A stretch of DNA of 53,351 bases from the NCBI GenBank assembly GCA_016182105.1, contig JACOXZ010000001.1, positions 1-53,351 on the forward strand, in the 5' to 3' direction. This stretch comes from Candidatus Liptonbacteria bacterium (GTDB lineage Bacteria; Patescibacteriota; Minisyncoccia; UBA6257; 2-01-FULL-56-20). The notes under the pieces are model-generated. The model was not told the DNA's origin. It made no database searches and saw nothing but the letters and a program-made list of their open reading frames with translations. Made by a program: the position numbers and the translations under genes. Positions 35,267-44,956 of this stretch are shown here, in pieces (within the stretch, counting starts at the first letter, position 1; each line of letters begins with the position of its first letter).

Positions 35267-37431
35267 TAAGGTTCTTTTATTGTAATCCGCTGATTCGCTT
35301 TTGTCTTAACGATTTTTTGTACTATTCCGCTAGGCCATTCTACGGTTACGCGGTCGATTTCGGCGCTCGCGCCGAGTCCGAATATGGACTCGAGAGAGTT
35401 TTGAGAGGCGTAACTACCGCCGGAATGTATTGCCCTGAACTGTTTTTTTACCACGCCGTTTTCTTTATATTCAATATAGATTTTCGCGCCTATTGCTGAT
35501 TTATTGCTTTTTGCCCCGATCAATTTTATTTTTATCCAATGGTTCGTTCCGCCGTTTGAAATGAAGAGAAAAGTTGGTCCGGGCCGGTATTCCTTGGCAA
35601 GTCCAAGTACGAGGTAATTTAGTCCCAAGGGCAGCTTTGGCACGTTGGGATCTCCGCTATCGAATCCGCCGGCATTCGTCATGATGATATCGTTATAGCC
35701 GTCGCTGTTGAAATCAGCGATTGCGAGTCCGCGGCCGTTTTGATACGTGCTTTGATCGCTTTGGCTGGTTAAATCCCGGACGCCGACTAAATCGGAAATG
35801 TCTACCATTTTCCCGTCACCAACATTTTGGAGCAGATGTCCGGTACCGCTGAAATTTATGTAGAGGTTAATGCCGCTGCGGAGCAGTGAGCCGATCCACA
35901 TTATGTCGTTTTTTCCGTCGTTGTTGTAATCGAAAATGAGAGCGCCGAAACCGAAATCGCCGAGTTCAAGTCCAACTGGCTTTGGCGACGCGATAGTTCC
36001 TTTCGAGAGCGTGTCCGGCGGAAACCAGCGGATATTGGGAATCAAATCTCTCCAGTCTACGTGAACTTCTTGACTGACGTTTTTGTAAAAATTATCCTGG
36101 CTGAGCCACAGGCCGTTATAAAACGTTCCGCGATTCGGGGGGTTCAAGATGTCGTACATCTCCGTTTCCGTATCGCTTTGCGGGCGGTATCGGGACCCGA
36201 ACGCCGATCCTAAGTTTGTAGCGAAAATATCTTCACTGCCGTCACCGTTCACATCCCCCGCCGCTATTCCCATCCACGCTCCGGATATGCCGAAGTTATT
36301 TTCATCGCTTACGTCTTTGAAATGGAAGCTCCCTAAGTTTTTGTACATACGTATGCGCCCAGGTATGTCATCGCCGGTTATTAAATCCGGCAATCCGTTT
36401 TTGTTGTTGTAGATGAATGAAGCGGCGAGCGTGTTGTTGCCGTCGGAATCGCCCACCACTCTGCCTTTTGAATCCACAATATTTTTATCCCAGGAATATA
36501 GTTTCTCTCCGTTTCTTTGATACACATAGTCGGGTTTTCCCGCGACGCCGGATTCTTTGGTTACGTCCATGAACGTCCCGTCCCCGTTGTTTTTATATAA
36601 AACATTTTCTTCTCCCGCAAAATGCGGCGTGGTAAATCCTACGAAATCGAAATCGGAATAATTTGCGACGAATAGATCTATGAACCCGTCGTTGTTGACG
36701 TCTCCCCATACCGCCGAAGTACCGTTCCCTCCGTGCGTGAGTCCGGCGGACATAGTTACGTTCTTGAAGTGGGGGATACCGTTTTTATCGTTGCCAACAT
36801 TACTGAAGAGAGTAACGCCGCCTTCGGCGGGGAAGTTATATTTGCCGTCCGTCTTATCAGTGTAGAAAAATGATGGCGGGGTAACCCTTTTGCCGAATCC
36901 TATCGGCGTCTCACCATAAGCGCTGTAGAAGGCTCCTTTCGTAGCGTTCGTGACAACTACATCTTCCCGGCCGTCGTTATCGTAGTCGGCAACCGCGCAT
37001 CCCACCCCGAGTTTGCCGATATTTCTGATCCCGGCCTTGTCGGTTACCTCCTCGAAAATAGGCAGGCCCAAAGAATCGTTGCCCTTGTTTAGAAAAAGCC
37101 TGTTCCCGAAATCCTTATCTTTAATTCCGTTCAACACCCCAAGAGACGTGTTGAAGGCGCCGAGTCCCGGTATGAATATATCCGGCAGGCCGTCGCCGTT
37201 CGCGTCAATGACGCAGACGCCGGATGATGTGAAGGTATCCACGTAAGAGGACCACGTTTTATGTTGCAGTGCCTGAGACGCGTCGCGGTAGGCATACGCT
37301 TTCAAGTTACTCGCGATATTCTTTTCGGGACCTTTTTCGGAACTCGAACGGTACATCATCGATGAGGCCCACACTGCCGTCAAAAGTATTGCCGCGAGTA
37401 TTAATATTTTTTTGGCGATGGGGTGGTCCAC
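35266..37431 (-). CDS. CRTAC1-family protein (FG-GAP repeats + ASPIC/UnbV domain)
   Basis: Repeated DxNxDGxxD loops and C-terminal N.SAIGAKI...SGGSYASQN.....FGLG......V.V.WPSG. Confidence 0.9.
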   Translation of the reverse strand: MDHPIAKKILILAAILLTAVWASSMMYRSSSEKGPEKNIASNLKAYAYRDASQALQHKTWSSYVDTFTSSGVCVIDANGDGLPDIFIPGLGAFNTSLGVLNGIKDKDFGNRLFLNKGNDSLGLPIFEEVTDKAGIRNIGKLGVGCAVADYDNDGREDVVVTNATKGAFYSAYGETPIGFGKRVTPPSFFYTDKTDGKYNFPAEGGVTLFSNVGNDKNGIPHFKNVTMSAGLTHGGNGTSAVWGDVNNDGFIDLFVANYSDFDFVGFTTPHFAGEENVLYKNNGDGTFMDVTKESGVAGKPDYVYQRNGEKLYSWDKNIVDSKGRVVGDSDGNNTLAASFIYNNKNGLPDLITGDDIPGRIRMYKNLGSFHFKDVSDENNFGISGAWMGIAAGDVNGDGSEDIFATNLGSAFGSRYRPQSDTETEMYDILNPPNRGTFYNGLWLSQDNFYKNVSQEVHVDWRDLIPNIRWFPPDTLSKGTIASPKPVGLELGDFGFGALIFDYNNDGKNDIMWIGSLLRSGINLYINFSGTGHLLQNVGDGKMVDISDLVGVRDLTSQSDQSTYQNGRGLAIADFNSDGYNDIIMTNAGGFDSGDPNVPKLPLGLNYLVLGLAKEYRPGPTFLFISNGGTNHWIKIKLIGAKSNKSAIGAKIYIEYKENGVVKKQFRAIHSGGSYASQNSLESIFGLGASAEIDRVTVEWPSGIVQKIVKTKANQRITIKEP

Positions 37432-37438
37432 GGGTCCC

Positions 37439-39286
37439 TTAGTCTAGGGTGATATATCTCTCCTCGCTGTCGGAGAAAACTTTTTCTTCTGAGATCAAAC
37501 TCTCGAAGCGGATAAGCTCCTGCGGTAACTCAGAGATGAACCGCGAAGGGATATCATAGAAGCTCAAGTGAAGTTCTTTCTTCGCGCGCGTCATCGCAAC
37601 GTACATGAGTCGTCGCTCTTCTTCAAGTTCAGTTTCGTCTTTTAGCGAGCGGGCATGGGGGAGGAGTCCTTCCGAGCAGCCAATCACAAAAACTTGATCA
37701 AACTCAAGGCCTTTAGCGAGGTGAATGGTCATCAGATTCACGGCATATTGCGAAGGGCTTATTGCTGATTGTTTTTTATTACTTGCCCTTTGCGCTTTGC
37801 TACTCACAATAACATCAGTTGGCTGGAGCAGGCTTACTTGTTCCAAAAAGGCTGATAAATCCCCGAATTTTGAAGCAAAAGTCATTAGCTCAGCTATGTT
37901 TTCTTTGCGTTCCGCGGCATTTATAAAGTTTTTTTCGAGATAGCCAAAATAATCAGAAGCTTTAATAAAAAACTGAATTAGCTTCAAAGGCGAGAGATCC
38001 GTTCTTCTTAATAAATTTTCCCGAAGTTCCGAGAATTTAGTTCTAGAAAACGTCTTAGCTAAACGGTCGCGGCTTATTTCTTCCTCAGGGTTCAATGTCA
38101 AGCGGAGGGCGGCTAAGACGTCTTTTATCTCCCTACGCTCATAGAATCTTACTCCGCCGAAGATTTGATAGGGAATGTTTTCTTCTAAGAGCGCTTGTTC
38201 AATCGGCCGCGATTGGGCATTGGTGCGGTAGAGGATGGCGGTCGTATAATTTCTAATTTCTAATTTCGAATTTCTAATTTGCTCGATAACCAGCGCCGCC
38301 TCTTCCTCTTCGCTGCCTGCTTCGGAAATTTTTATTGGGCCGCCTTTCTGATTTTTCGTCCAGAGATTCTTCGGTTTTTGGTATTTATTGTTTTGGATAA
38401 GCGTTGAAGCCGCAGTGATAATATTTTGAGTTGAGCGATAGTTTTCTTCGAGAAGCGCGACACGCGAGCCCGGCCAGTCACGCTCAAAGTTCAAAAAAAT
38501 ATCCAGGTTTGCGTAGCGCCAGCCGTAGATCATCTGCTGGTCGTCGCCGACCACGCTCAAGTTTCCGATTTTGCCGGCAAGAAGTTTTACGAGTTCGTAT
38601 TGCTTGTTATTCAGATCTTGATATTCGTCGATCAGCAAATAAGGGAATCGGCGTTCGTATTCTTGAAGTACAACTGGATGAGATTTGAAAATTTTAACCA
38701 CCTTTTCGATCAGATCGTCAAAATCAAAGGCATTGTTTTTCGCGAGATCGCTTTCGTAACGTCTAAAAACTTGAACAATCGTTTTATCTTCCGGACTCTC
38801 GGATTTTCTTAACTCGTTCAGGGCGATTTTGCCGTTTTTGATTTCCGAAATTTTTTGGCTGAAGTATGCCGGTCCTAAATCAGGATTTTTTATTCCGGCG
38901 GCTTTCACGATTTTTCGGAGAAGACCGATAGAGTCCTGATCGTCAAAGATCACGAAGCGGGAATTTCGTTCTAAGAGCCCGGCTTCTTCGCGGAGAATTT
39001 TGGCGCCTAAAGAGTGAAAAGTGCTGATAAGAGGCCTCGGGCTTTGGGCTAAGGGTTTCTCGATTCTTAAGAGCATTTCTCTCGCGGCTTTGTTGGTAAA
39101 AGTCAAGGCGCAGATTTTATCCGCCCTCACTCCTTTTTCGATTAAATAGATGAGTCGGCTGGTCAAGGTCCGGGTTTTACCAGTGCCGGCGCCAGCCACG
39201 ATCAAGAGTGGTTTATTCGGCGCCTCTACAGCTGATTGTTGTTGTGGATTCAGGTCTTTCTGGTCAAATTGGTTCAATTTCCTCAT
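37439..39286 (-). CDS. pcrA: UvrD/PcrA superfamily 1 helicase
   Basis: AGAGTGKT, TFTNKAA, IDEYQD, VGDDQQ.IY.WR, NYRST, LYRTN, TIH.AKGLEF, EEERRL.YVA.TRA. Confidence 0.95.
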   Translation of the reverse strand: MRKLNQFDQKDLNPQQQSAVEAPNKPLLIVAGAGTGKTRTLTSRLIYLIEKGVRADKICALTFTNKAAREMLLRIEKPLAQSPRPLISTFHSLGAKILREEAGLLERNSRFVIFDDQDSIGLLRKIVKAAGIKNPDLGPAYFSQKISEIKNGKIALNELRKSESPEDKTIVQVFRRYESDLAKNNAFDFDDLIEKVVKIFKSHPVVLQEYERRFPYLLIDEYQDLNNKQYELVKLLAGKIGNLSVVGDDQQMIYGWRYANLDIFLNFERDWPGSRVALLEENYRSTQNIITAASTLIQNNKYQKPKNLWTKNQKGGPIKISEAGSEEEEAALVIEQIRNSKLEIRNYTTAILYRTNAQSRPIEQALLEENIPYQIFGGVRFYERREIKDVLAALRLTLNPEEEISRDRLAKTFSRTKFSELRENLLRRTDLSPLKLIQFFIKASDYFGYLEKNFINAAERKENIAELMTFASKFGDLSAFLEQVSLLQPTDVIVSSKAQRASNKKQSAISPSQYAVNLMTIHLAKGLEFDQVFVIGCSEGLLPHARSLKDETELEEERRLMYVAMTRAKKELHLSFYDIPSRFISELPQELIRFESLISEEKVFSDSEERYITLD

Positions 39287-39345
39287 TATGCTATAATCCA
39301 GCTATTAGTAACATTTTAGTCCATTTGAATAATGCCAAGAAGCCA

Positions 39346-40344
39346 ATGACATTGGCTGTTTTTTTCGTTTTAGGTTTCTCTTTAATAGGCACTCTTTCCT
39401 TGCGGTCAAAAGCCGATCAAGGAGACGTTTTTGGCGGACCAGTTCTCTTCCCATCATTTACGCCTTCTGCTTCTTTAAACCAACTCGCCCTTCTTACGAG
39501 CCAGGGTGGGGTCCTCACCCAGCCGCGGCCAGCTGACTGGAGCGAGAATTCTTACGAGCCAGGACTCTCAGCCGCGACTTTGGCCGATTTAAGTCAGCCC
39601 ATCGGGCTTTTTAACGCTAGAGGAGGCATTTTGAATTACAAAGTTAAAAAAGGCGACACTCTCTCGGGTATTGCACTGGAGTTCGGCATCTCTGTCCAGA
39701 CAGTCATAAATGCCAATCCCGAAGTTCGGGCTAGGAGTCTTCAGATTGGCCAGGAGCTAAAAATTCTTCCTGCTTCCGGTATTGTCTACGACGTCAAGGA
39801 CGGCGACACACCAGAATCAATTGCTGAAACTTTCGGCATAGACCTACTCGAGATTCAAGATTTTAACCGATCAGTTGATTTCTCCTCCCTTGCGCCAGGC
39901 GTCTCCCTGGTCATTCCCGGCGCGGTACGGCTTAGCGCTTCTTATCAAAGCGGGAATCTCCCGAATCTCGGCGGCTATTTCGCCGATCCAGCAGTTGGCT
40001 TCAATTGGGGCCAACTCCATCCTTATAATGCCGTTGATATCGCGAATACCTGTGGCACAAAGGTTCAAGCAGCCGCCGAAGGGCTAGTGATTCCTGATGA
40101 GCGTTACGGCGACGGCATCTCCGGTTGGAATTCCGGCTACGGCCATTTCGTGCTTATTGAGCATCCGAACGGCACGCAAACGCGCTACAGCCATTTAGAT
40201 AAAGTTCTTGTCTCAATCGGCAACTATGTGAGTCAAGGCGAGGACATCGGCACTATGGGGAATACGGGTAATGTCCACGGTCCAACTGGCTGTCACCTCC
40301 ACTTCGAAGTCTACGGCGCCCAGAATCCGTTTGCTAGGCAGTAG
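39346..40344 (+). CDS. LysM x2 + M23 peptidase
   Basis: YKVKKGDTLSGIA and YDVKDGDT LysM motifs; H..VD, YSHL, HLHFE. Start is ATG 39346 or TTG 39325, downstream of TGCTATAAT (39289-39297). Confidence 0.9.
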   Translation: MTLAVFFVLGFSLIGTLSLRSKADQGDVFGGPVLFPSFTPSASLNQLALLTSQGGVLTQPRPADWSENSYEPGLSAATLADLSQPIGLFNARGGILNYKVKKGDTLSGIALEFGISVQTVINANPEVRARSLQIGQELKILPASGIVYDVKDGDTPESIAETFGIDLLEIQDFNRSVDFSSLAPGVSLVIPGAVRLSASYQSGNLPNLGGYFADPAVGFNWGQLHPYNAVDIANTCGTKVQAAAEGLVIPDERYGDGISGWNSGYGHFVLIEHPNGTQTRYSHLDKVLVSIGNYVSQGEDIGTMGNTGNVHGPTGCHLHFEVYGAQNPFARQ

Positions 40345-40348
40345 AAAT

Positions 40349-41956
40349 TTAGATTTCTTCTCTTAATCTATAACTAAAGGCCTCGGCCAAATGCTCGGCA
40401 GAGGTTTTTTCTTTCTGCTCGAGGTCGGCGATGGTGCGGCTGGTTTTAAGAAGTCTAAAATAGCCGCGGGGCGAGAGTCGGGTTTTGTCCAAAGTTTCTA
40501 GGAAATCTTCGGCGGCCTTATCCAGATTTACCAATTCCTCGGTTTGCTTCGAGCTCATCTCGGCATTGGTTTGTCCGCCGAAGGCGTGCGCCCGAGGCCC
40601 ATCCGCCTTTGGCGGAGATCCGCCTCTGGCGGAGATCTTTTTGAAACGTTCTTTCTGGAGTACCCTAGCAGATTCAACCTGTTTTTTAATACCCGGGCTT
40701 TCAGGATTTCCGATTCTTTTTCGCCTTAACTCTTTTAGATCAATCCTCGGTACTTTGATTTGAAGGTCAATGCGGTCAAGCAAGGGCCCGGAAATCTTCT
40801 TCTGATAGCGGATGACTTCATAAGCGCCGCAGCGGCACTCTTTCTCCGGGTCGCCCCAGTAGCCGCAAGGACAAGGATTCATTGCCGCTATAAGAGAAAA
40901 ACGGCTAGGAAAAGTTAGGGTATTTTTGGCTCGGGCCACCCTCACCATTCCGGATTCCATCGGTTGTCGAAGGGCCTCAAGGATATTTTTTTGAAACTCC
41001 GGCAGTTCATCTAGGAAGAGAACGCCGCGGTGAGCAAGACTGATCTCGCCGGGTTTGGGATCTCCTCCGCCGCCAACAATTGCGATTACCGAGGCAGTCT
41101 GGTGCGGCGCGCGGAAAGGCCGGTTTTTGATAAGTCCGCCTGGAGCGAGGCCGGCTGCGCTATAAATCTTCGTAATTTCAATAGCCTCTTCGCGGGAGAG
41201 CCCCGGGAGAATCCCGGTTAAGGCTTGGGCTAAGAGGCTTTTCCCAACTCCCGGAGGCCCGATCATAAGCAGATTGTGGCCGCCTGCAGCCGCAATGACT
41301 AAGGCCCTTTTCGCATGTTCTTGGCCTTTAATTTCCGAAAAGTCCACGAGAGAATTTACCACTCCTTCTTCTTTGTTTTTAAAAACAGCCGGCTCGATAC
41401 TTCGCCGACCCTCGAGAAAATCAATGGCTTCAGTAAGATTTTGAAGAGGGATTATTTTTAAATCTTTTATCGCGGCGGCTTCAGCCGCGTTTTCTTTGGG
41501 CAAGAGCAAAAATTTAAAGCTAGCTTCACGAGCCATCTCGCTAATATTGAGCGCGCCATTTATTGGACGGAGCCGTCCGTCCAGGGCCAGCTCGCCCGCG
41601 AAAACTTTGTCGCTGGTTTCAAAGTCTTTAATTTGTTTTGTGGCCAAAAGATAGCCTAAGGCGATTGCGAGGTCATACTGCGAGCCGGCTTTTTTAATAT
41701 CCGCAGGCGCGAGATTTACGGTGATTTTCCTGTTCTCTCTATTAGGAGGCTTTGCGCCGCTGTTTTTTAAGGCCGAGTTAACTCTTTCCTTGGCTTCGCT
41801 TACGGCTTTGTCCGCGAGGCCGACAATATTAAAAGCATGGAGACCGACATTCAGGTCAATCTCTACTTCAATTAGTTTGGCTTTAATGCCCTCAAGCTCG
41901 GCCGAGTGGACCTTAGCGAGATTTTTAAGCACGAGTGATCTTGAATTTGTCGCCAA
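40349..41956 (-). CDS. comM: YifB/ComM Mg-chelatase-like AAA ATPase
   Basis: IVGL.D.AV.EA.ERV, NLAPAD..K.G..YDL, GPPGVGKS, PFRAPH, GE.SLAH.GVLFLDE, NPCPCG. Confidence 0.92.
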   Translation of the reverse strand: MATNSRSLVLKNLAKVHSAELEGIKAKLIEVEIDLNVGLHAFNIVGLADKAVSEAKERVNSALKNSGAKPPNRENRKITVNLAPADIKKAGSQYDLAIALGYLLATKQIKDFETSDKVFAGELALDGRLRPINGALNISEMAREASFKFLLLPKENAAEAAAIKDLKIIPLQNLTEAIDFLEGRRSIEPAVFKNKEEGVVNSLVDFSEIKGQEHAKRALVIAAAGGHNLLMIGPPGVGKSLLAQALTGILPGLSREEAIEITKIYSAAGLAPGGLIKNRPFRAPHQTASVIAIVGGGGDPKPGEISLAHRGVLFLDELPEFQKNILEALRQPMESGMVRVARAKNTLTFPSRFSLIAAMNPCPCGYWGDPEKECRCGAYEVIRYQKKISGPLLDRIDLQIKVPRIDLKELRRKRIGNPESPGIKKQVESARVLQKERFKKISARGGSPPKADGPRAHAFGGQTNAEMSSKQTEELVNLDKAAEDFLETLDKTRLSPRGYFRLLKTSRTIADLEQKEKTSAEHLAEAFSYRLREEI

Positions 41957-42299
41957 TCTTCTTCAGGGTATTTTTGATTTTGCACTTCTGACAAAGCCTG
42001 GAGGCTGGCACAATCGAAAGAACTTTGCCGAAAATTTCGCTCTGACACTGTTCGCAAATCCCGTATTTGCCGGTTTTGATTTTGTTTAAAGCGAGATCAA
42101 TATCGTTAATTCGATCTTTAAATACCCGACTTATAGCTAAGCGGTTGCCGATCTCTTCAGCCTCGTCAGATTCTTCGTCAAAGTGATCCGTGTCATCGCC
42201 AAAATCTTCCGGTTGGCTTTGGGCTTTGGCTTCTTTAAGGAGCCTGACCTTTTCTTTCTCCAGTTTTTCCTGATATTTTTTAAGCTCTTCCTTGGTCAT
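41925..42299 (-). CDS. TraR/DksA C4-type zinc finger protein
   Basis: Coiled coil with acidic tip, followed by AL.KI..G.YGICEQC...I......VP...LC.KC. Confidence 0.88.
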   Translation of the reverse strand: MTKEELKKYQEKLEKEKVRLLKEAKAQSQPEDFGDDTDHFDEESDEAEEIGNRLAISRVFKDRINDIDLALNKIKTGKYGICEQCQSEIFGKVLSIVPASRLCQKCKIKNTLKKIGDKFKITRA

Positions 42300-42417
42300 C
42301 CCGTTAGAAGCAGATCGCGATCTAGGCGAGTCTGCGGTTTAATTTTATTCATTGTAATGACTATATATTTATTGATATTTGGAGTTTTTGCAACGCGATC
42401 GCGGCTTCTAACGGGAT
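42298..42417. mobile_element. MITE-like element at the dksA-like start codon
   Basis: ATCCCGTTAGAAGC / GCTTCTAACGGGAT TIRs with TCAT direct repeats (42296-42299, 42417-42420). Confidence 0.75.
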
Positions 42418-42483
42418 CATGTCTAGCCCCATAATAGTCCTGGAAAGCGGTCATAGCAAGAGAGCGGGCTTGATTTACGTTCT

Positions 42484-44181
42484 TTACTTGAAAACCCTTA
42501 CGGTTTCAAGGTACCAATTATTTACTTGTTGAAAACGGTTGGCTGATTCAGCTATTGAACCGCTCGCGAGCCCCATAAGACCTTTTTTGGTTATATAAAG
42601 GTAGTTCGGCGAGTATAGAAAAACGGCCGGATAATCAAGAGTAATGATTTTTTGGAGTTCGCTGAATTGATTTTTCCGCTTTTCCGGATCCAGATTTTGG
42701 CGTATAGCTTCAATAAGTTCATCAGCCTTTTTGTTGTTGTAAAGGCTTAAGTTAAGGCCGGGAGAAAATCTGCCGGAAGAATGCCAGAAAGAAAATAGAT
42801 CTGAGTTTTCGTTTAAGACATTGCCAAAAAGCAAGGCCTCGTAATCTCGGTTTTTAATTACAGTCTCCACAATTTCTTCTGGTGAGAGGACGACCAAGTT
42901 TATCTTAAATCCGATCTCTTCCCAGGCTGATTTTAAGATATTGGCCGTTTTTAAAAGGAAAGGTACTTGAGGAATAACTAAATTAAATCCGAGTTCAATT
43001 TCACTGTTCTTTATTTTTTTAGAGCGAAAGCCACTCGAGGATGATTTCTGCCAAAGAGCTTTCTCTAAAATATCACTAGCCAATTGGACTCGTGAAAGCG
43101 AAGAAGTGGAAACTAAATCTTCTAGGGCTTCCGGATCAAAATAAGCCGCCCCTTTGGGGATGGGATGAGAGAGCATCTCAGCCTCGCCCTCAAAAGTTTC
43201 TCGGATAAGCTTTTCTTTGGGAGCGGTTAGCGTCAAGGTCCTCCTTACCTCAAGTTCTTTAAAACTTAGATTTCGGCTTTGGTTTAGAAAAACCGCATAA
43301 TAGCTCGGCAAGCTAAACTTAATAACCTGATGCGGACGTTTCAGTCCCCCAAGCTCCTCTGTCCGAAGAGTTATAAAGCCGTCGACTTCGCCGCTCGAGA
43401 AGGCTAGGACTAGCTCCTCGGTCTTCCGGAAAAAGCGAAAACTGAATTTTTTAATGAAGGCTGGACCCAGAACGTAGTTCGGATTGGCCTTAAGCTCGTA
43501 GAGAGTGATAAAGCCGCCGCTTTCCTTGTCATAAGATTCAAATTGATAAGGTCCGCTCCCTACAGGACTTAAGTTATAGTCCGAGAGCCGCCAGTTAGCT
43601 CCTGGAATTTCGCCAAAAATATGCCGAGGCAGGGGACGGAGGTTCTTCAGATTTTCCGCAAAAAAAGAGTAAGGACTTGCTAGGCTAAACTCAAGTTCGA
43701 GTTCGCTTATGCGGGAGGCAAGCACCCCCTGCCAGCTTAAAAAAAAAGGCGAATTGGTATTAGGGTCCTGAATTTTCTGAACGGTAAAGAGGATGTCATC
43801 GCTTAGGAGCGGCCTCTGGTCCGACCACTTTAAGTTTTCTTTAAGTCTCACCTTCCAGATCCGACCATCTTTCCCGGATTCGATCTTACTTGCGAGGTCC
43901 TCGAGTCGGCTGAAGACTAATCTTACAAGACCTTTATCAATTTCGCCGATTGCGAGAACCGGGTTTATGTAGGCTGGCTGGCCAACTATTGCTTCAATAT
44001 ATTTTCCGCCAGGAGCCGGGATTTCTATGGTTGCCCCCGCAATAAAGATAGCGGTTAAGCCGCTCGAACTTAGGACAAAGAAAAAGGCGGCAAACCAAAA
44101 AACTCGGCGCTCCGCCTCTTTAAGGTTCAGGTATATTTTTTTTAAATTACCCACTTCAGGAGACGAGCTGAATAATGGCAA
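42484..44181 (-). CDS. Peptide ABC transporter substrate-binding protein (family 5) with N-terminal anchor
   Basis: G.P.YINPVL, W.D..P...DD..FT, PVGSGPY, FWHS, NLS.Y.N...D.LIE. Confidence 0.88.
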   Translation of the reverse strand: MPLFSSSPEVGNLKKIYLNLKEAERRVFWFAAFFFVLSSSGLTAIFIAGATIEIPAPGGKYIEAIVGQPAYINPVLAIGEIDKGLVRLVFSRLEDLASKIESGKDGRIWKVRLKENLKWSDQRPLLSDDILFTVQKIQDPNTNSPFFLSWQGVLASRISELELEFSLASPYSFFAENLKNLRPLPRHIFGEIPGANWRLSDYNLSPVGSGPYQFESYDKESGGFITLYELKANPNYVLGPAFIKKFSFRFFRKTEELVLAFSSGEVDGFITLRTEELGGLKRPHQVIKFSLPSYYAVFLNQSRNLSFKELEVRRTLTLTAPKEKLIRETFEGEAEMLSHPIPKGAAYFDPEALEDLVSTSSLSRVQLASDILEKALWQKSSSSGFRSKKIKNSEIELGFNLVIPQVPFLLKTANILKSAWEEIGFKINLVVLSPEEIVETVIKNRDYEALLFGNVLNENSDLFSFWHSSGRFSPGLNLSLYNNKKADELIEAIRQNLDPEKRKNQFSELQKIITLDYPAVFLYSPNYLYITKKGLMGLASGSIAESANRFQQVNNWYLETVRVFK

Positions 44182-44365
44182 TTATCATAAAAAGGGCGGC
44201 GAGGAGGATTGTGCTTCGAAAAATTATTTTTTCGAGTCCCCGGCGCGTTTGATAAAAGCCGCCTTCGCCGCCAAAAATGCCGGAGAGTCCCGCAGATCTT
44301 TCCTGAAGCAAAATCAAGATAACCAAGACGATCGAGATGATTAGTTGGAGGATGGTAAGTATCAT
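44156..44365 (-). CDS. secG: Preprotein translocase subunit SecG
   Basis: LILLQ.R.AGLSG.FGG......TRRG.EK flanked by two TM helices. Confidence 0.9.
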   Translation of the reverse strand: MILTILQLIISIVLVILILLQERSAGLSGIFGGEGGFYQTRRGLEKIIFRSTILLAALFMIIAIIQLVS

Positions 44366-44485
44366 CCCGTTAGAGATAGGAAACGCCCTGCGTTTCCGTT
44401 GATGTCACGCAAGACCTTTAACTGATGTAAATACATGGTTACAAAACTTGATGTAGTTTATAAGATGGGGCATCTCTAACGGGAT
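44364..44485. mobile_element. MITE-like element at the secG start / upstream stop junction
   Basis: ATCCCGTTAGAGAT / ATCTCTAACGGGAT TIRs, (A)TCAT direct flanks, near-identical to 44834-44956. Confidence 0.85.
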
Positions 44486-44835
44486 CATTTAATTAAAAGG
44501 TGGAAGGCAAAATTCACTGCTCCTACGACGAGGGAGGCGAAAACCAAAGCAGGAACGGTTTCAATCGTAAGATTTTTAGTGAGGATGTCAAGAATATAGA
44601 TCACAATCGCGTTTACGAAAAAGAGTCCTAGTCCCAAGGTCAAAATAATAATCGGTCCCAAAATTAATTTAAGCACCGGTTTTAAGACGAAATTTAACCC
44701 CGTTAGAATCAAAGCAATCACAGCTACTTTTTTAAGATCAGAAGTCAGTTTAAAGCCTTGAATAAAATAGGCCGCTGCCATAAGCGATAGGCCATTTGCC
44801 AAAACCGCGCCAATCACCTTTATTAACCACTTCAT
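44485..44835 (-). CDS. Phage holin family (YvlD-like) 4-TM membrane protein
   Basis: LN..LKP.LKLI..P...LTLGL..F.VNA motif. Confidence 0.85.
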   Translation of the reverse strand: MKWLIKVIGAVLANGLSLMAAAYFIQGFKLTSDLKKVAVIALILTGLNFVLKPVLKLILGPIIILTLGLGLFFVNAIVIYILDILTKNLTIETVPALVFASLVVGAVNFAFHLLIK

Positions 44836-44956
44836 CCCGTTAGAGATAGGAAACGCTTTGCGTTTCCGTTGATGTCACGCAAGACCTTTGACTGATGTAA
44901 ACGCATGATTACAAAACTGGATGTTTAATTCATAGATGGTTAATCTCTAACGGGAT
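44834..44956. mobile_element. MITE-like element at the holin-family gene start
   Basis: Same TIRs as 44364-44485, with TTCAT direct flanks (44831-44835, 44956-44960). Confidence 0.85.

Noticed and set aside
42421-42480. Possible riboswitch upstream of the dksA-like gene
   Set aside because: Only one weak stem and no recognisable aptamer motif.
44364-44956. Prophage lysis gene or composite transposon around the holin-family gene
   Set aside because: This membrane family is a common chromosomal gene, there are no phage genes nearby, and each flanking element has its own target duplication, implying independent insertions.
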